NCBI GenBank assembly: GCA_963695345.1
Contig: OY968769.1
Coordinates: 1,792,001 to 1,856,000, forward strand
DNA length: 64,000 nt
Reading direction: 5' to 3'
DNA from: an uncultured Methanomassiliicoccales archaeon
Lineage (GTDB): Archaea > Thermoplasmatota > Thermoplasmata > Methanomassiliicoccales > UBA472
Positions 1 to 11,028 of this stretch are shown here, one piece after another. The notes under the pieces were generated by a model. It had not been told where the DNA came from. It searched no databases and saw nothing but the letters and a program-made list of their open reading frames with translations. The translations under genes and the position numbers were made by a program. Numbering within the stretch: the stretch's first letter is position 1; each line of letters begins with the position of its first letter.

Positions 1-1727
1 ACATAGTATGATAGCAGCTGCAGCACGATGGTCACCGGGATCGGCGAGAATATCGGGGCGGTGGTCGGCACCGTCAGCATCCTATCGGAGATCTGGGCCA
101 GTTCATGGTCGTTCTCCAGTCCGATGGACACCACCGGCGAGTCCCGGGCGGCCACTTCCGATATGTTCGCCATCATCTTGTCGTAGGTGTGGTCCTTGGA
201 GAGGGCCACCGCGATGATCGGTGTCTTCGCGTCGAGCAATGCCAGCGGTCCGTGCTTAAGTTCACCCGCGGCGAAACCCTCGGCGTGGATGTAGGAAATC
301 TCCTTGAGCTTCAGTGCCCCTTCCAGCATGGTCGGGTAGTTGATGTTCCTTCCGATGAAGAAAACGTCCCGGGAATCCTTGATGAATTCCGCCGCATCCT
401 CAATCTCTGACGTCTGGTCGAGGACCGATTGGACCACGGAGGGGGCGGACCTTAGCCCGGACAGCGCGCTCCACATGGCATCGTAGCTGAGGGCCCTCTT
501 GGCATAGCCGATACGGATGCCTATGATGTACATCGCTATCAGCTGGGTGATGTAGGTCTTGGTCGCGGCGACACCAATCTCCGGTCCGGCGTGGGTGTAG
601 AAGACCTCGTCGACCTCACGGGTCAGTGAGCTGCCCACCACATTGGTGACCCCGAGGGTGCGGCATCCCCGGCGCCTTGCCTCGCGAGACGCTGCCAGTG
701 TGTCCGCGGTCTCACCGCTCTGCGATATCAGGATGACCAGGGGTGTTTCCAGCGCCCCGGGCGAGTAACGATATTCCGAAGCCAGCTCCAGAGTGGTCGG
801 GATCTTGGCGAACTCTTCCATGATGTACTTGCCCACCATGGCGGCGTTGAACGATGTGCCGCATCCGACGATCTTGATGGAATTGAAACTGACATTGGGG
901 AGCAGGTCACCCTCGATGAGCTCCTGCGCGCCCAGTATGGAATTGTGGATGGCCAGCGGTTCCTCGAATATCTCCTTCAGCATGAAATGTTCGAAACCGC
1001 CTTTCTGGGCGTCCTCGGCGCTCCAGGAGACGGTTTCCTCTTTTCTCTCCACCAGCAGGCCGCCCAGGTCGAACACTCTGACCCCTGTCCGGAGTGATCC
1101 TGACCGTTTCCCCGTCCATGATGTAGAGGACCTTGTTGGTGTAGGGCAGGAGCGCGGTCACGTCCGATGAGACGAAGTTCTCCCCGACTCCCAGGCCGAT
1201 GACCAGCGGGTTCTCCTTGCGCGCCGCGACGATCTCGTTGCTACCTTCCTTGACGGCCGCTATGGCGTACGTCCCGCGTATCGGTCAGCAACGGTCTTCT
1301 GCAACGCCTCGTGCATATCGTTCACGTAGTACTTCTCGAGCAGGTGAACGATGACCTCGGTGTCGGTCTGGGAGGAGAACTTGTGCCCCTCTCCTTCGAG
1401 CGTCTTCCTCAGCGACATGTAGTTCTCGATGATGCCGTTGTGGACGACGGCGATGCCCTTGCGTGCAGTCGCGGAACGGGTGGGCGTTCTCGTCCGACGG
1501 CTTTCCGCATGACGCCCAGCGGGTGTGGCCGATGCCCACGTTGCCCTTGATCTCGGGCAGGATCTTCTCCAGTTCCTTGATCTCGCCCTTCTTCTTGTGG
1601 ACCTCCAAATGGGGGTCATGACGGCGATGCCCGCTGAATCGTACCCGCGGTATTCCAGCCGTTTCAACGCGTCCAGCAATACTGGCGATGCCTGCCTGTA
1701 TCCAGTATAACCTATGATGCCGCACAT
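1..1727 (-). CDS. glmS: Glutamine-fructose-6-phosphate transaminase (several frameshifts; 3' end outside the window)
   Basis: Starts MCGIIGY with the N-terminal Cys; LEYRGYDSAG, GIGHTRWA and VVHNGIIEN motifs spread across frames; SIS-domain segments downstream. Confidence 0.93.
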
Positions 1728-1732
1728 CTCAG

Positions 1733-2922
1733 ATCACAACGCTCTTGTTTTCCATGTTTCCTCTGAGGGTCGCTCCGTCCCCTATCCGGCAGCCTGCCCC
1801 GACGATCGACCCCAGAGGTCAGAACGACCCGGGAACAGATGGCGGTGTCCTCACCGATCATCGCCCCGATCTCCTCGACCTTGAAGAACTCGCCTTCAAC
1901 CTTGACATAGGCAGGCCCGACGAACGCGGAGAGGGCCCCCTTGATCGAAACCCCGTCGTCGATGACCGCATTCCCCAGGTGCGAGTGCGAACCGATCCTC
2001 ACGTTGTTCATGATGAGCGAATTATGGATGCTGGTGAAGGGTCCGATCTCCACGCTGTTGCCGATGCTGGTGGACGGGAAGATGGCCACGTTCGGTCCGA
2101 TGTCGCAGCCTTCCCCTATGACCACCGGCCCTTCTATATAGGTACCGGCCCGGATGCGGGAACCCGCCCCTATCGACACCGGTCCTTTGATGGTGACGCC
2201 CGGCTCGATCATGCCGGACACCTGCTGTCCATGCAGGTCGAGGGCGGTCTCGTTCAGCTTGATCAGGTCCCAGGGATAGACCGCGTCGTGCCAGCGTCCA
2301 TCGGTCCGGACGGCTTCCAGGCGGATATCGTCGATCTTGGACTGAAGGACCTCGGTGAGCCCGTATCGGCCCGCCTTTACCTCTTCCTCGACCAACTGGA
2401 AGATGTCCTTGTTGAAGTGGTATACTCCGGTGTTGATAATGTTGCCGATCCTGCGATCGGGCTTCTCGGTGATGCTGGCGACCCGGTCGTGCTCGAGGGT
2501 GATGACGCCATACTTCGATGGAAGCTCGCTCTCCGTGACCAGGACCGACGGGTTCTTGTCGTGGTGGATGATCCTGGAGACGGTCTCCCGATCGATGATG
2601 TTGTCCCCTGCGACCAGGACGAAATCCTCTTTCACCATGCTCTTGACATGTAGGAGCGCATGGGCGGTCCCCAGCTGCTTCTCTTGAACTACGTAGGTGA
2701 TCTTTGCCCCGAACTTGGAGCCATCGCCGAAGAAGGACATGATCCGTTCCTTCTTGTAACCGACGACCATGATGATGTCTTTGAGGCCGTTCTCCACCAG
2801 CGCCTCTGACAACGTAGGCAAGGATCGGTTTGTTGCCGATCGGCAGCATGACCTTGGGCTTCGAAATTGTGAAAGGCCGTAAGTCTGGTCCCTTCCCCTG
2901 CCGCTAGAATAATCGCCTGCAT
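1733..2922 (-). CDS. glmU: Bifunctional sugar-1-phosphate nucleotidylyltransferase/acetyltransferase, archaeal GlmU-like (frameshifted)
   Basis: MQAIILAAGEGTRL, KVMLPIGNKPIL, QEKQLGTAHA and C-terminal hexapeptide repeats in successive frames; 3' end approximate. Confidence 0.85.
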
Positions 2923-3097
2923 CGTAAATGCCTCGGGCCGAGCATCAACATATGGAGGTATAATAACTTTCTAACCCATTTCCAGCAGTCTGATAGTATC
3001 GATATTCGTTGCCTTGATAATCAGACCACAAGCGGGATTAACACCGAAGGACTGTTGTGAATTCTAATTCATTTCAATATTCCACAGGTGTTCATAG

Positions 3098-4564
3098 ATG
3101 ATCAGTTCAGAAGAGAACCGGAGAATACCGACCGAGATCTATCAGTTCTTCATGAATCCCGGTGGGCACTCACTCATCCTCCGGGGAAATGCCGGTACTG
3201 GTAAGACAACCTTCGCCCTCCAATCGATCGAGGATCTGGCCCAGATCGAGAACAGCTTCTATTTCTCCATGCGGGTCTCTGACCACTCACTGATCACCCA
3301 GTTCCCGTGGCTCACGGAAAAGCTCATGCCCGCGGGAATTGCCTCCGATCAGAAGAAGGAGGACGTGGTGGGAAAGCACCGGACCGGGCTCAGCAAGCTG
3401 AAGGGGCTGGGGATGCAGAGCATCGGCACCGCCAAGAAGGAGATGTCGGTCATGATCGGGAAGGATCTGGGCGACCTTGAGCACGTCTATGATGTGGTGG
3501 AGGGATCGTACCCGGCCCGCTCGCTCATCATAATCGACTCCATCGATGCCATGGCGGAAAGGTACAGCATGACCTGCTCGTCCCTCATCACCGCCATCCA
3601 GAAGGATCTGGTCGAGGGCTATGGCTCCAACGTGCTGTTCGTCCTCGAGAACAATGAACCAAAGCTCGACTACTTGGGAGACGGGGTCATCATCCTCGGG
3701 CTGGCAGTCCATCAGCTGCGCCGCATAAGGGAGATCGACATCCTCAAACTGAGGGGGGTGGAGATCGCCCAGCCAAAGTACCTCTTCACACTGAAGACAT
3801 CCCGTATCCAAACCTTCGCCAATCTCTGGGAGAACGAGGTCAGGCATCTTGATCCTTGGAAACCGGTGCCGGACGCGACCGGGAAGGTATCCTTCGGCCT
3901 CACCGACCTGGACCGGCTCATGAGGGGCGGCATGGAGAAAGGTTCCATGACCCTGATCGAACTGGGCCATGGCATACCCACGGCAATAAGCGGGGTCCTG
4001 GAAAGGTCCTTGGTGGCCAACTTCGTCTCGATGAACCGGGGCGTCTTCTGGTTGCCCACACGCAAGACCTCGGCCGAGGCGGCCAAGAACCTGATGATGG
4101 GGTCGCTGACCAAGGAACAGTTCGAGAAGAACGTCAGGATACCCGAATTGGCGGCCCAGATGGAGCTGGTGGGAGCACCCTACGTCATGCCCGTGGAAGG
4201 TTCCTCACCCGCATCGGATTACAAATGGAAATCGATCTCATACGCTCTTGGCAATGCCGAGTCGCCAATGCTGTCGCTCGTGGGTTTCGATTCGCTAGAG
4301 TCGAACTACGGAGACAAGGTGATGGACCAGATCCCGGACCATCTGGCGGCCATCAAGCGCAACAACGGCATATTCGTGGGGATCACGTCCCCATCGACCA
4401 AGTCCACGCAACGGCTGGCAGATCTGGCGAACCTGCACATCAAGGTGGAAAGGATCGGCGGCACGGTGGTGTTGTTCGGCGAGGAACCGTTCACCGAATG
4501 CAATGCGTTGGCAGTGGAGACCAGGGAGCGGGGCGGAAACATATCGCTCTCGCCGATTGTGTGA
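3098..4564 (+). CDS. GvpD-like / KaiC-RAD55 family double-domain P-loop protein
   Basis: Walker A GNAGTGKT, Walker B IIIDSID, KLRG motif; second RecA-like domain (FGLTDLDRLMRGG) with degenerate Walker A. Confidence 0.8.
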   Translation: MISSEENRRIPTEIYQFFMNPGGHSLILRGNAGTGKTTFALQSIEDLAQIENSFYFSMRVSDHSLITQFPWLTEKLMPAGIASDQKKEDVVGKHRTGLSKLKGLGMQSIGTAKKEMSVMIGKDLGDLEHVYDVVEGSYPARSLIIIDSIDAMAERYSMTCSSLITAIQKDLVEGYGSNVLFVLENNEPKLDYLGDGVIILGLAVHQLRRIREIDILKLRGVEIAQPKYLFTLKTSRIQTFANLWENEVRHLDPWKPVPDATGKVSFGLTDLDRLMRGGMEKGSMTLIELGHGIPTAISGVLERSLVANFVSMNRGVFWLPTRKTSAEAAKNLMMGSLTKEQFEKNVRIPELAAQMELVGAPYVMPVEGSSPASDYKWKSISYALGNAESPMLSLVGFDSLESNYGDKVMDQIPDHLAAIKRNNGIFVGITSPSTKSTQRLADLANLHIKVERIGGTVVLFGEEPFTECNALAVETRERGGNISLSPIV

Positions 4565-4576
4565 GGTGGAAAGGAA

Positions 4577-5260
4577 ATGATAAGAGCCTCACTCCCCGAC
4601 CACAGTTCCATTCTGATGGTAGGGTCGCCAGGGATCGGATTGTTGGAGTTCAACATAAGTCTCCTGAAGGACTATCTGACGGAGGACGTTTCGGTCATCT
4701 TTGTGACGGTCGACGTGCTTCCCTCGGACATCGTGACCATGATGGGGCAGTTCGGCATTGACACCAAGGCCGTGCTGGGCAAGAAGCTGTTCGTGGTGGA
4801 CTATCATTCCTCGTTGCTCGGCTCCGCGGAGGAGAGGTCCTCCTACCCCAAGACCGAGGTGCGTCCCGTTTCCGACCTGGAAGGGATCATGTTCAACGTG
4901 AACTCCATCGCTTCCGAGCATTCCCGTCCGGTGAAGGTCTTCCTCTACACCCTTTCAACGCTGTTCCTGTACAACCAGTCGAACGTCGTACTGAAGTTCT
5001 TCCAGATATCGAGTTCCAAGGTGAGGAGCTCCTACGGGACGATGATATTCTCGATCCATGACAGCGTGCATGATGATAAGACGGTCAATCACCTGATGGC
5101 CATTGCCGATGGCGTGATCGAGCTCAAGTTCGATGATGAACTGAACCGGCGGATGCGGATACGCCACATGCGCGGTTTCCCCACCTCCAGCCAATGGGTC
5201 CCGTTCGAGATCAGGGGAGATGCGGCAGAAACCTGCCCGGCACTACTGGAATGGCGTTAG
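4577..5260 (+). CDS. Single-domain KaiC/RAD55-like protein, probably inactive ATPase
   Basis: GSPGIGLL (no Walker A Lys), ADGVIEL and RIRHMRG motifs. Confidence 0.75.
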   Translation: MIRASLPDHSSILMVGSPGIGLLEFNISLLKDYLTEDVSVIFVTVDVLPSDIVTMMGQFGIDTKAVLGKKLFVVDYHSSLLGSAEERSSYPKTEVRPVSDLEGIMFNVNSIASEHSRPVKVFLYTLSTLFLYNQSNVVLKFFQISSSKVRSSYGTMIFSIHDSVHDDKTVNHLMAIADGVIELKFDDELNRRMRIRHMRGFPTSSQWVPFEIRGDAAETCPALLEWR

Positions 5261-5262
5261 CC

Positions 5263-5472
5263 TCATTCCTCGTGCTCTTCCTCGATCTCACCGTAGATGG
5301 ACTTGTGCAGTTCCTTGACCGACTGTTTGGTGGCCCGGGTGTAGAGGGGGCATTCCGCCTTAGCTCTGACCACCATCTCCTTTCTTCGGCAATAAATCAA
5401 TTGACCGTTGACCCCCAGTTCTGGTCTTATCTCCCTGTGTAGACATGTAAAACATTTTTGATCGTTGGTCAT
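5263..5472 (-). CDS. Small Cys-containing hypothetical protein
   Basis: 69 aa ORF with CxxC and two more Cys; fills the gap between converging genes. Confidence 0.55.
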   Translation of the reverse strand: MTNDQKCFTCLHREIRPELGVNGQLIYCRRKEMVVRAKAECPLYTRATKQSVKELHKSIYGEIEEEHEE

Positions 5473-5530
5473 GGACGACCGAAAAGAGGCAGATGGGGTA
5501 TTTTAGCGATTGGCACAGCAAGTTCGTTCT

Positions 5531-6563
5531 CTAGAAACGGAACGATATGAACTCGGTGAGGTCCATGACGTCCATTCCGCCTGCCTGTTTCAGGTTGAGC
5601 ACGCAGAAAGGGCAGGGGGCGAGGACGACATCTGCTCCGCTGGTCAATGCGTCCTCCACCTTTCTCTTGGCCAGGTCCATGGCGATGTCCGGATATCCTG
5701 AGAGAAGGCCTCCGCCTCCCCCGCAGCACCGATCCGCCTCCGGCATGTCCAGGACCTTGATTCCGGGCATGGAATGCAGAATGTCGTAGCAGTAGTCGAT
5801 GGCGTGCGGGCCCACCGTCCTCTTGAGATGGCAGGGTTCGTGCAGGGCGACCCGGACCACGCCATGGTTCCTGAACTTGAGCTTTGCCAGCCCCACCGAT
5901 TCGACCAGGTACTCGACGATATGGAGGGCCTCGATGCCGTAGTGATCGTTGATATGGCTGGTGCAGCCGGGGCATGAGGTCACTACCTGTGAGCGCCCCT
6001 CGAAGAGCTTGATGTTCCTCTTCCTCAGCGCCTCCATCCGCACCCTGTCGCCCACCTTCTCCAAGGGGGACCCGCAGCACACCAATCCAGACGGTGTTCG
6101 CACCGTGGAGTTCTGCAGCAAGGTGCGCACGGCGCCGTCCGCGATGTTCCTGAACTTCTGCCCGGCTATGCATCCGGGGAAATACAGCACCGACGCCTTC
6201 TCCACTCCCAGCGAGAGCGAGTCCAGTTCCCGTCTTACCGACAGGCCGTCCACGTCAATGTTCTGCATCATCTTGGTGTGTCCGGGCATGGCCGCGTTCC
6301 GGTCGAAGATATCTGCCCTGGCCCTGAGGATGGCGCGGGGCATCTCGACCCGGGAAGGGCACACGTCAGCGCACTTCCAGCACATCGAGCAGGCGAAAAT
6401 GTTGTCCCTCAGCGAGTTCACCTCATGGGAGAACCGGGAGGAGTCCACGGCCAGGCTGCGCGGGCCGTCGAATGTGGTGGTCGACTCCTCTTGGACGACC
6501 GGGACAGGCGCGCATGCAGGCGCCGCACTTGATGCAGCGGTCCGCGTTGAAGGGCCGGGTCAT
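5531..6563 (-). CDS. glpC: GlpC/HdrD-like Fe-S oxidoreductase with CCG domains (frameshift near 6505)
   Basis: CIKCGACMRAC and CSMCWKCADVCP clusters, YFPGC, VCCG and RCCGGGGG; ATG overlaps the glpB stop. Confidence 0.8.
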
Positions 6564-7651
6564 CTCGACACCTCCGCGTAATGGGCCACATCCCAGGCAC
6601 CGTCGAGAACGTCAAGCAGCCCCCGGCCCAGTGGATAAGAGAGCCCGGCCAGCGCCGAGCCGCACGCGTACACGTTCTCCGCTGAGTTGCCATTGTTCAT
6701 TATGGCTCGATATCTTCCGTCCACGTCGTATCCCGAGGATAGGGCACGGTTGACGGGCATGCCGCTTAGGCTCTCCTGTTTCCTGGTGATGACGAACGCC
6801 TCAAACGGGTCGGTCACCTCTTTTCCTGAGACCATAAGGCCCGGACCGATGGCGTTCCCCCCGGCCAGGACCAGGGTAGAGAAATTGATCTCCTGGACGG
6901 TGCCTGCGGTCTGCACCACCGCCGTGTCGTAGCGGCCGCCTATCTGGATCAATTTCGTCACCCTGCGATGGTCCAGGACATGGCATCCGCTATTGGCCAA
7001 TATGCAGCGCATCGCCTCCGCCAGCCTTGTCCCTGGTAGTGAAAGTGGGGTCACCGGTTCGAACACGATCCGTCCGGTGCGTTCTGTCAGCTCGAGCATG
7101 CCCGATTCATGGTCACGGAGCGCGAACAATGGCGGCAGCATGATCGAGTCCGCATCGATGCGGCTCAGTTCATGGCACAATGAATCCAACGAAATCCTAC
7201 CTTTGCCGGAGATGTACACCGGGTCCGCTTTCATGCCGGCGTCCTGCCTCAGGAATGAACAGACGAGCTCCGGATCCACATCCTGGTTGTCCTCTATGCC
7301 AACGACGGCCAGCTTGGACCGCATTACCGATTCCAGCGTGCCCAGCGCCGTATACCGGGGGGCCAGGCTGCAGTGGTAGCGATTTCCCGCATTGCCCAGG
7401 AGTGGCACCTGTTCCAGGTGGCGGGTCATGCTCAGTCCGTTGGACCTAAGCCTGGGCAAAAGGTAGTCCAGCATGGCCTCGTTCAACCCCGTGCCCTTGA
7501 GGCATCCGGTGGAGAGGGCGGTGCACGATGTACCGGTATCGACAAGGGCCACGTCCCTCCGGTGTTCCGCAAGGTATGTGGCGACCAGCATTCCGGCCGC
7601 TCCCCCTCCGATCACCAGGAATTCGGTCCGGACCGGATCTAGGTGCCTCAT
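6560..7651 (-). CDS. glpB: Anaerobic glycerol-3-phosphate dehydrogenase subunit B-like flavoprotein
   Basis: VIGGGAAG FAD motif, PLSLPGTRL, NVYACGSAL; lies between glpA and glpC. Confidence 0.75.
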   Translation of the reverse strand: MRHLDPVRTEFLVIGGGAAGMLVATYLAEHRRDVALVDTGTSCTALSTGCLKGTGLNEAMLDYLLPRLRSNGLSMTRHLEQVPLLGNAGNRYHCSLAPRYTALGTLESVMRSKLAVVGIEDNQDVDPELVCSFLRQDAGMKADPVYISGKGRISLDSLCHELSRIDADSIMLPPLFALRDHESGMLELTERTGRIVFEPVTPLSLPGTRLAEAMRCILANSGCHVLDHRRVTKLIQIGGRYDTAVVQTAGTVQEINFSTLVLAGGNAIGPGLMVSGKEVTDPFEAFVITRKQESLSGMPVNRALSSGYDVDGRYRAIMNNGNSAENVYACGSALAGLSYPLGRGLLDVLDGAWDVAHYAEVSR

Positions 7652-9222
7652 CTGGATTCCTCCCGGATACCATATACTCCGCGCAGTAGGTGGGCTTTGA
7701 ACATCTCCTGCCGGAGCTGTTCCCCGACCAGTATCGACGAGACGCCCTTGTTCCTCTCTTTGAGGAAGCTATCGATATACTCGATCGGAGCGGTCCTGTT
7801 CACCCCTATCGCCGCAGACATCAAGCCTAGCACGCACAGTCCTCCCTGGCAGTACCCCATGCCGACCCTTGTCCGTTTAATGAGGTCGGAGGCATTATGC
7901 ACATCGCCCTTCTTCAGGTGATATTGGATCTCTCCGCGCAACACTCTTTCGCAGGTGCAGACCTCTTCCTTGCCGCGGGGATAGGAAACGCAGTGTTCCA
8001 GGACGTCCTGGTATGCCGAGCCGTTCTTTTTCGCTATTCGCAGCAGTGCCAGGTCATGGATCCCTGGAGTGGGGTCGATGGCCGGCATATCAGAGATGAC
8101 CTCCTTTGCCGTGCGGCATTTGTTGGGATTGTTGATCTTCTCACAGGCCAGGTCCGAGATCTTCTCTGCCATGAGACGGTAGGTGGTCAGCTTGCCCCCG
8201 ATCACGCTGACCAGGTTATAGACATCCGAGCTGGCATGATCAATGACCTTGAAATTGCGGCTGGCGGAGCGCCCTCCCCCGCCCGCGGTTATCAAGGGCC
8301 TGACCCCGCAGTAGGCCCTCACCGTCCTGGCGCTGGCGATTCCCGGAACAACCTTGGCGGTTTCCCGCAGGAGAAACGAGACCTCTGCCTCGGTTGGGCT
8401 GTTCCCATCCCCGGAGGTCACACCGTTAGATGTCGTTCCTATGATCGTGGATGAATGATTGGGGACCACTATGTCTCCGTCGGCTGGAGGCCTGAGGCGG
8501 TTCACAAGCATCTTGCAGAGGCGACCGTTCAGCACCACCAGGGTCCCCTTGTCGATCCGCAGCGACAGCCGTTGACCGGCCATGGCCGCTATTCCCGGCG
8601 ACCAGGCGCCAGCCGCGTTCACTACCACACCCGGGGTGACCGTTTCTATGATGCCGCTCCTGTGGTCCTTGAAACGGACCGCGCTGATGATGGATCCGTC
8701 GACATCCAGTCCGACGACCTCGCAGTAATTGCGGATCCTCGCTCCCTTGGACCGGGCGTCCTCAATGTTTGCCAGGGTCAATCCGAAAGGATCGATGGAA
8801 CCGTCGTCCACCCAGAAGGCCCGGACCACCTCTCCGCTGAGGGAAGGCTCCATCTCCCGGGCCTGATCCACGTCCACCTCCCTGGTATCCACCCCGGCAT
8901 TGCTGCAACCGCGCTTGAACTTCTCGGCGAAACCGAAATCATCCTCTGGCAATGAAACGAAAAGACCGCCGGTGTCCTCGATGAATGGGGCGGCGATCCT
9001 CCTCAGGATGTTGGCCTCCGAGGCGCACTCCTTGGCTGATTCCGGGTCCTTGACCGCGTACCTAGCCCCGCTGTGGAGCATCCCATGGTTGGATCCAGAT
9101 GCTCCGGAACAGAAATCGCCGCGGTCCAGGAGCATCACCGACGCCCCCCTCATGGAAAGGTCCCGGGCGACACCTGCACCGGTGATTCCCCCGCCAATGA
9201 TCAGAACGTCAACTTTCGGCAT
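7648..9222 (-). CDS. glpA: Anaerobic glycerol-3-phosphate dehydrogenase subunit A
   Basis: IIGGGITG, NHGMLHSGARY, GGKLTTYRLMAE; C-terminal BFD-like CTCE...RTRVGMGYCQGGLC. Confidence 0.88.
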   Translation of the reverse strand: MPKVDVLIIGGGITGAGVARDLSMRGASVMLLDRGDFCSGASGSNHGMLHSGARYAVKDPESAKECASEANILRRIAAPFIEDTGGLFVSLPEDDFGFAEKFKRGCSNAGVDTREVDVDQAREMEPSLSGEVVRAFWVDDGSIDPFGLTLANIEDARSKGARIRNYCEVVGLDVDGSIISAVRFKDHRSGIIETVTPGVVVNAAGAWSPGIAAMAGQRLSLRIDKGTLVVLNGRLCKMLVNRLRPPADGDIVVPNHSSTIIGTTSNGVTSGDGNSPTEAEVSFLLRETAKVVPGIASARTVRAYCGVRPLITAGGGGRSASRNFKVIDHASSDVYNLVSVIGGKLTTYRLMAEKISDLACEKINNPNKCRTAKEVISDMPAIDPTPGIHDLALLRIAKKNGSAYQDVLEHCVSYPRGKEEVCTCERVLRGEIQYHLKKGDVHNASDLIKRTRVGMGYCQGGLCVLGLMSAAIGVNRTAPIEYIDSFLKERNKGVSSILVGEQLRQEMFKAHLLRGVYGIREESR

Positions 9223-9334
9223 TGGAAACCTGTCCCTGTGTGACTTTGGGAGGTAATACGTTGGCGTCTATTTGTTTGTGACCTTCAACCCAGATAAGAG
9301 TAGAAGGTTACTGCGATAGATTTGATTTAGAAGA

Positions 9335-9412
9335 TGGTAGCGGGGGATCGATTTGAACGATCGGTCTCCGGGTTATGAGCCCGACGGGATGTCCTGGCTA
9401 CCCTACCCCGCT
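9335..9412 (-). tRNA. Initiator tRNA-Met (CAT)
   Basis: Cloverleaf AGCGGGG...CCCCGCTACCA, A1-U72 pair, three G-C pairs in the anticodon stem, anticodon CAT, encoded CCA. Confidence 0.96.
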
Positions 9413-9543
9413 ATTGTGGAGTACTCCTAATTGAGAAGCCTTAGATAAAGGTTTCCTAACAATACCGATGCCTGATGCGGTCCCCGGTTGGCGGTTCCAT
9501 GCCCTATGGCAAGTCTAATATCGTGCGCAGAGCATGGTGTGGC

Positions 9544-9711
9544 ATGGACGATATCCTCTCGAAGTATCTTGCCATCGGGATATTGCTGGGCCTGATGGGC
9601 GGATTCGTGACTTACCTATTCACGGACCAGGTATTGTTCATAGAGGCCGGGGCCGCCTTGGGCATCGTCGCCGGAGCGGTTATGGGCCTTCTTCTCTCCA
9701 GGAAGAAATGA
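9544..9711 (+). CDS. Small two-helix membrane protein
   Basis: 55 aa with two Gly-rich hydrophobic segments and a basic C-terminus. Confidence 0.6.
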   Translation: MDDILSKYLAIGILLGLMGGFVTYLFTDQVLFIEAGAALGIVAGAVMGLLLSRKK

Positions 9712-9714
9712 GGT

Positions 9715-10047
9715 TCAGAAGAACTTGCGGAGGCGCATGACGTCCTCCAGAGAACCCTTTATCTTGATCTTTTTGAGAGCCCAGGCCTTCATCGGCTTCA
9801 TCTTGCCGGTGATCAGTTCCTCGACGGTCTTGGGGTCAGATATGATAGTGACATCCGGGTTGTCGACCATGCCCTCTTTCAGAGAATGGATCTTATTGCA
9901 TGACAGTTCGAAGGAGTAGCTTTCCGTGCCCAAGTCAACGTTCGCCTTCTTCTTGACGCACTCGAGCTCTTTTTGCAGGGCCTCATCTTTTTCGACCTTC
10001 GCGTTGAATTTGGCGATGGTTTCTTCCAGAAGATCTTTTACCGGCAT
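9715..10047 (-). CDS. SCP2 sterol-binding domain protein
   Basis: PDVTI...LITGKMKPMKAWALKKIKIKGS signature. Confidence 0.85.
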   Translation of the reverse strand: MPVKDLLEETIAKFNAKVEKDEALQKELECVKKKANVDLGTESYSFELSCNKIHSLKEGMVDNPDVTIISDPKTVEELITGKMKPMKAWALKKIKIKGSLEDVMRLRKFF

Positions 10048-10051
10048 TAAA

Positions 10052-10696
10052 TCATTCCCAGTCGGTCAGTTTCGCGTTCTTGGATGAGCTCAAAGCTTCT
10101 TTGGCGGTAGCCCAAGATCTGCGCGTATAGGGCGGCAAATCCCCTTTCTCCTTTATCCACTTTTGCAGAAATGAAATGGTCGTCGGGTCGGAAGCGTACC
10201 CCGACCCAATCTCCTGGCCTATCTCGGACTGGATCTCAGACACGATGCGGTCCCGGTTCGTCTTAGCTATGATCGATGCCGCCGCCACGACTGGATAGTT
10301 ATCATCCGCCTTATGCTCGCATACCATCCGCGGGCCATAGCTCAGGCGCCCTCTTACCATCTGGCGAAAGTGGTCCTCATTGACATCGCAGGCGTCAATA
10401 TAGACGATATCCGCCCTCAGCCGGTCGATCAAGGCAGCGAACGCCATCGCCTCAAGTTCGTTCAGTGAGACCTTCTGGCCCCGAGCATCGATCTCCTCGT
10501 GGCTGATGACCTGGAATTCAACTCGGCAGGACTCGCATATCTTCGTTGCCAGTTCTTCCCTGCGGGTCGGGGTCAACTTCTTCGAGTCGCGGACCTCCAT
10601 GCGTCTCAGCAGGACGTCGTCCTCAACGGCCACCGCCGCCACTACCATGGGGCCGAGAACCGGTCCCCGTCCCGCCTCGTCCACCCCGCAGATCAT
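10052..10696 (-). CDS. rnhB: Ribonuclease HII
   Basis: GVDEAGRGP, DSKKL, VAAASIIAK, GSGY. Confidence 0.96.
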   Translation of the reverse strand: MICGVDEAGRGPVLGPMVVAAVAVEDDVLLRRMEVRDSKKLTPTRREELATKICESCRVEFQVISHEEIDARGQKVSLNELEAMAFAALIDRLRADIVYIDACDVNEDHFRQMVRGRLSYGPRMVCEHKADDNYPVVAAASIIAKTNRDRIVSEIQSEIGQEIGSGYASDPTTISFLQKWIKEKGDLPPYTRRSWATAKEALSSSKNAKLTDWE

Positions 10697-11028
10697 AGGT
10701 CCAGGATTCCTCCCGAGCTATTAATCAGTGTCGTGACGGTAACGCCTGCCAACAGAAAGGGACGCCGCTGCCAGGAACATACGTCAGAAGGTCTTCTTAA
10801 ATCGTCCGAGTTACCGGGACGACCATTGACAAGATCCGGACACGAAGGAAACGGTGGCGGACCTTATTCTAACGTATAGATGGTATCAGGATTTTCCCGC
10901 ATCGGACATTCTGGAGTAACGCACCGATCAGGGTCCGGTCCTATGTTCCTGCCCAACAGTTAGAATGGTCGCAAACGAGAGGTTTATAACATATAGCCCG
11001 AATCACGGCGCTAGGTGGTACCATTCAG

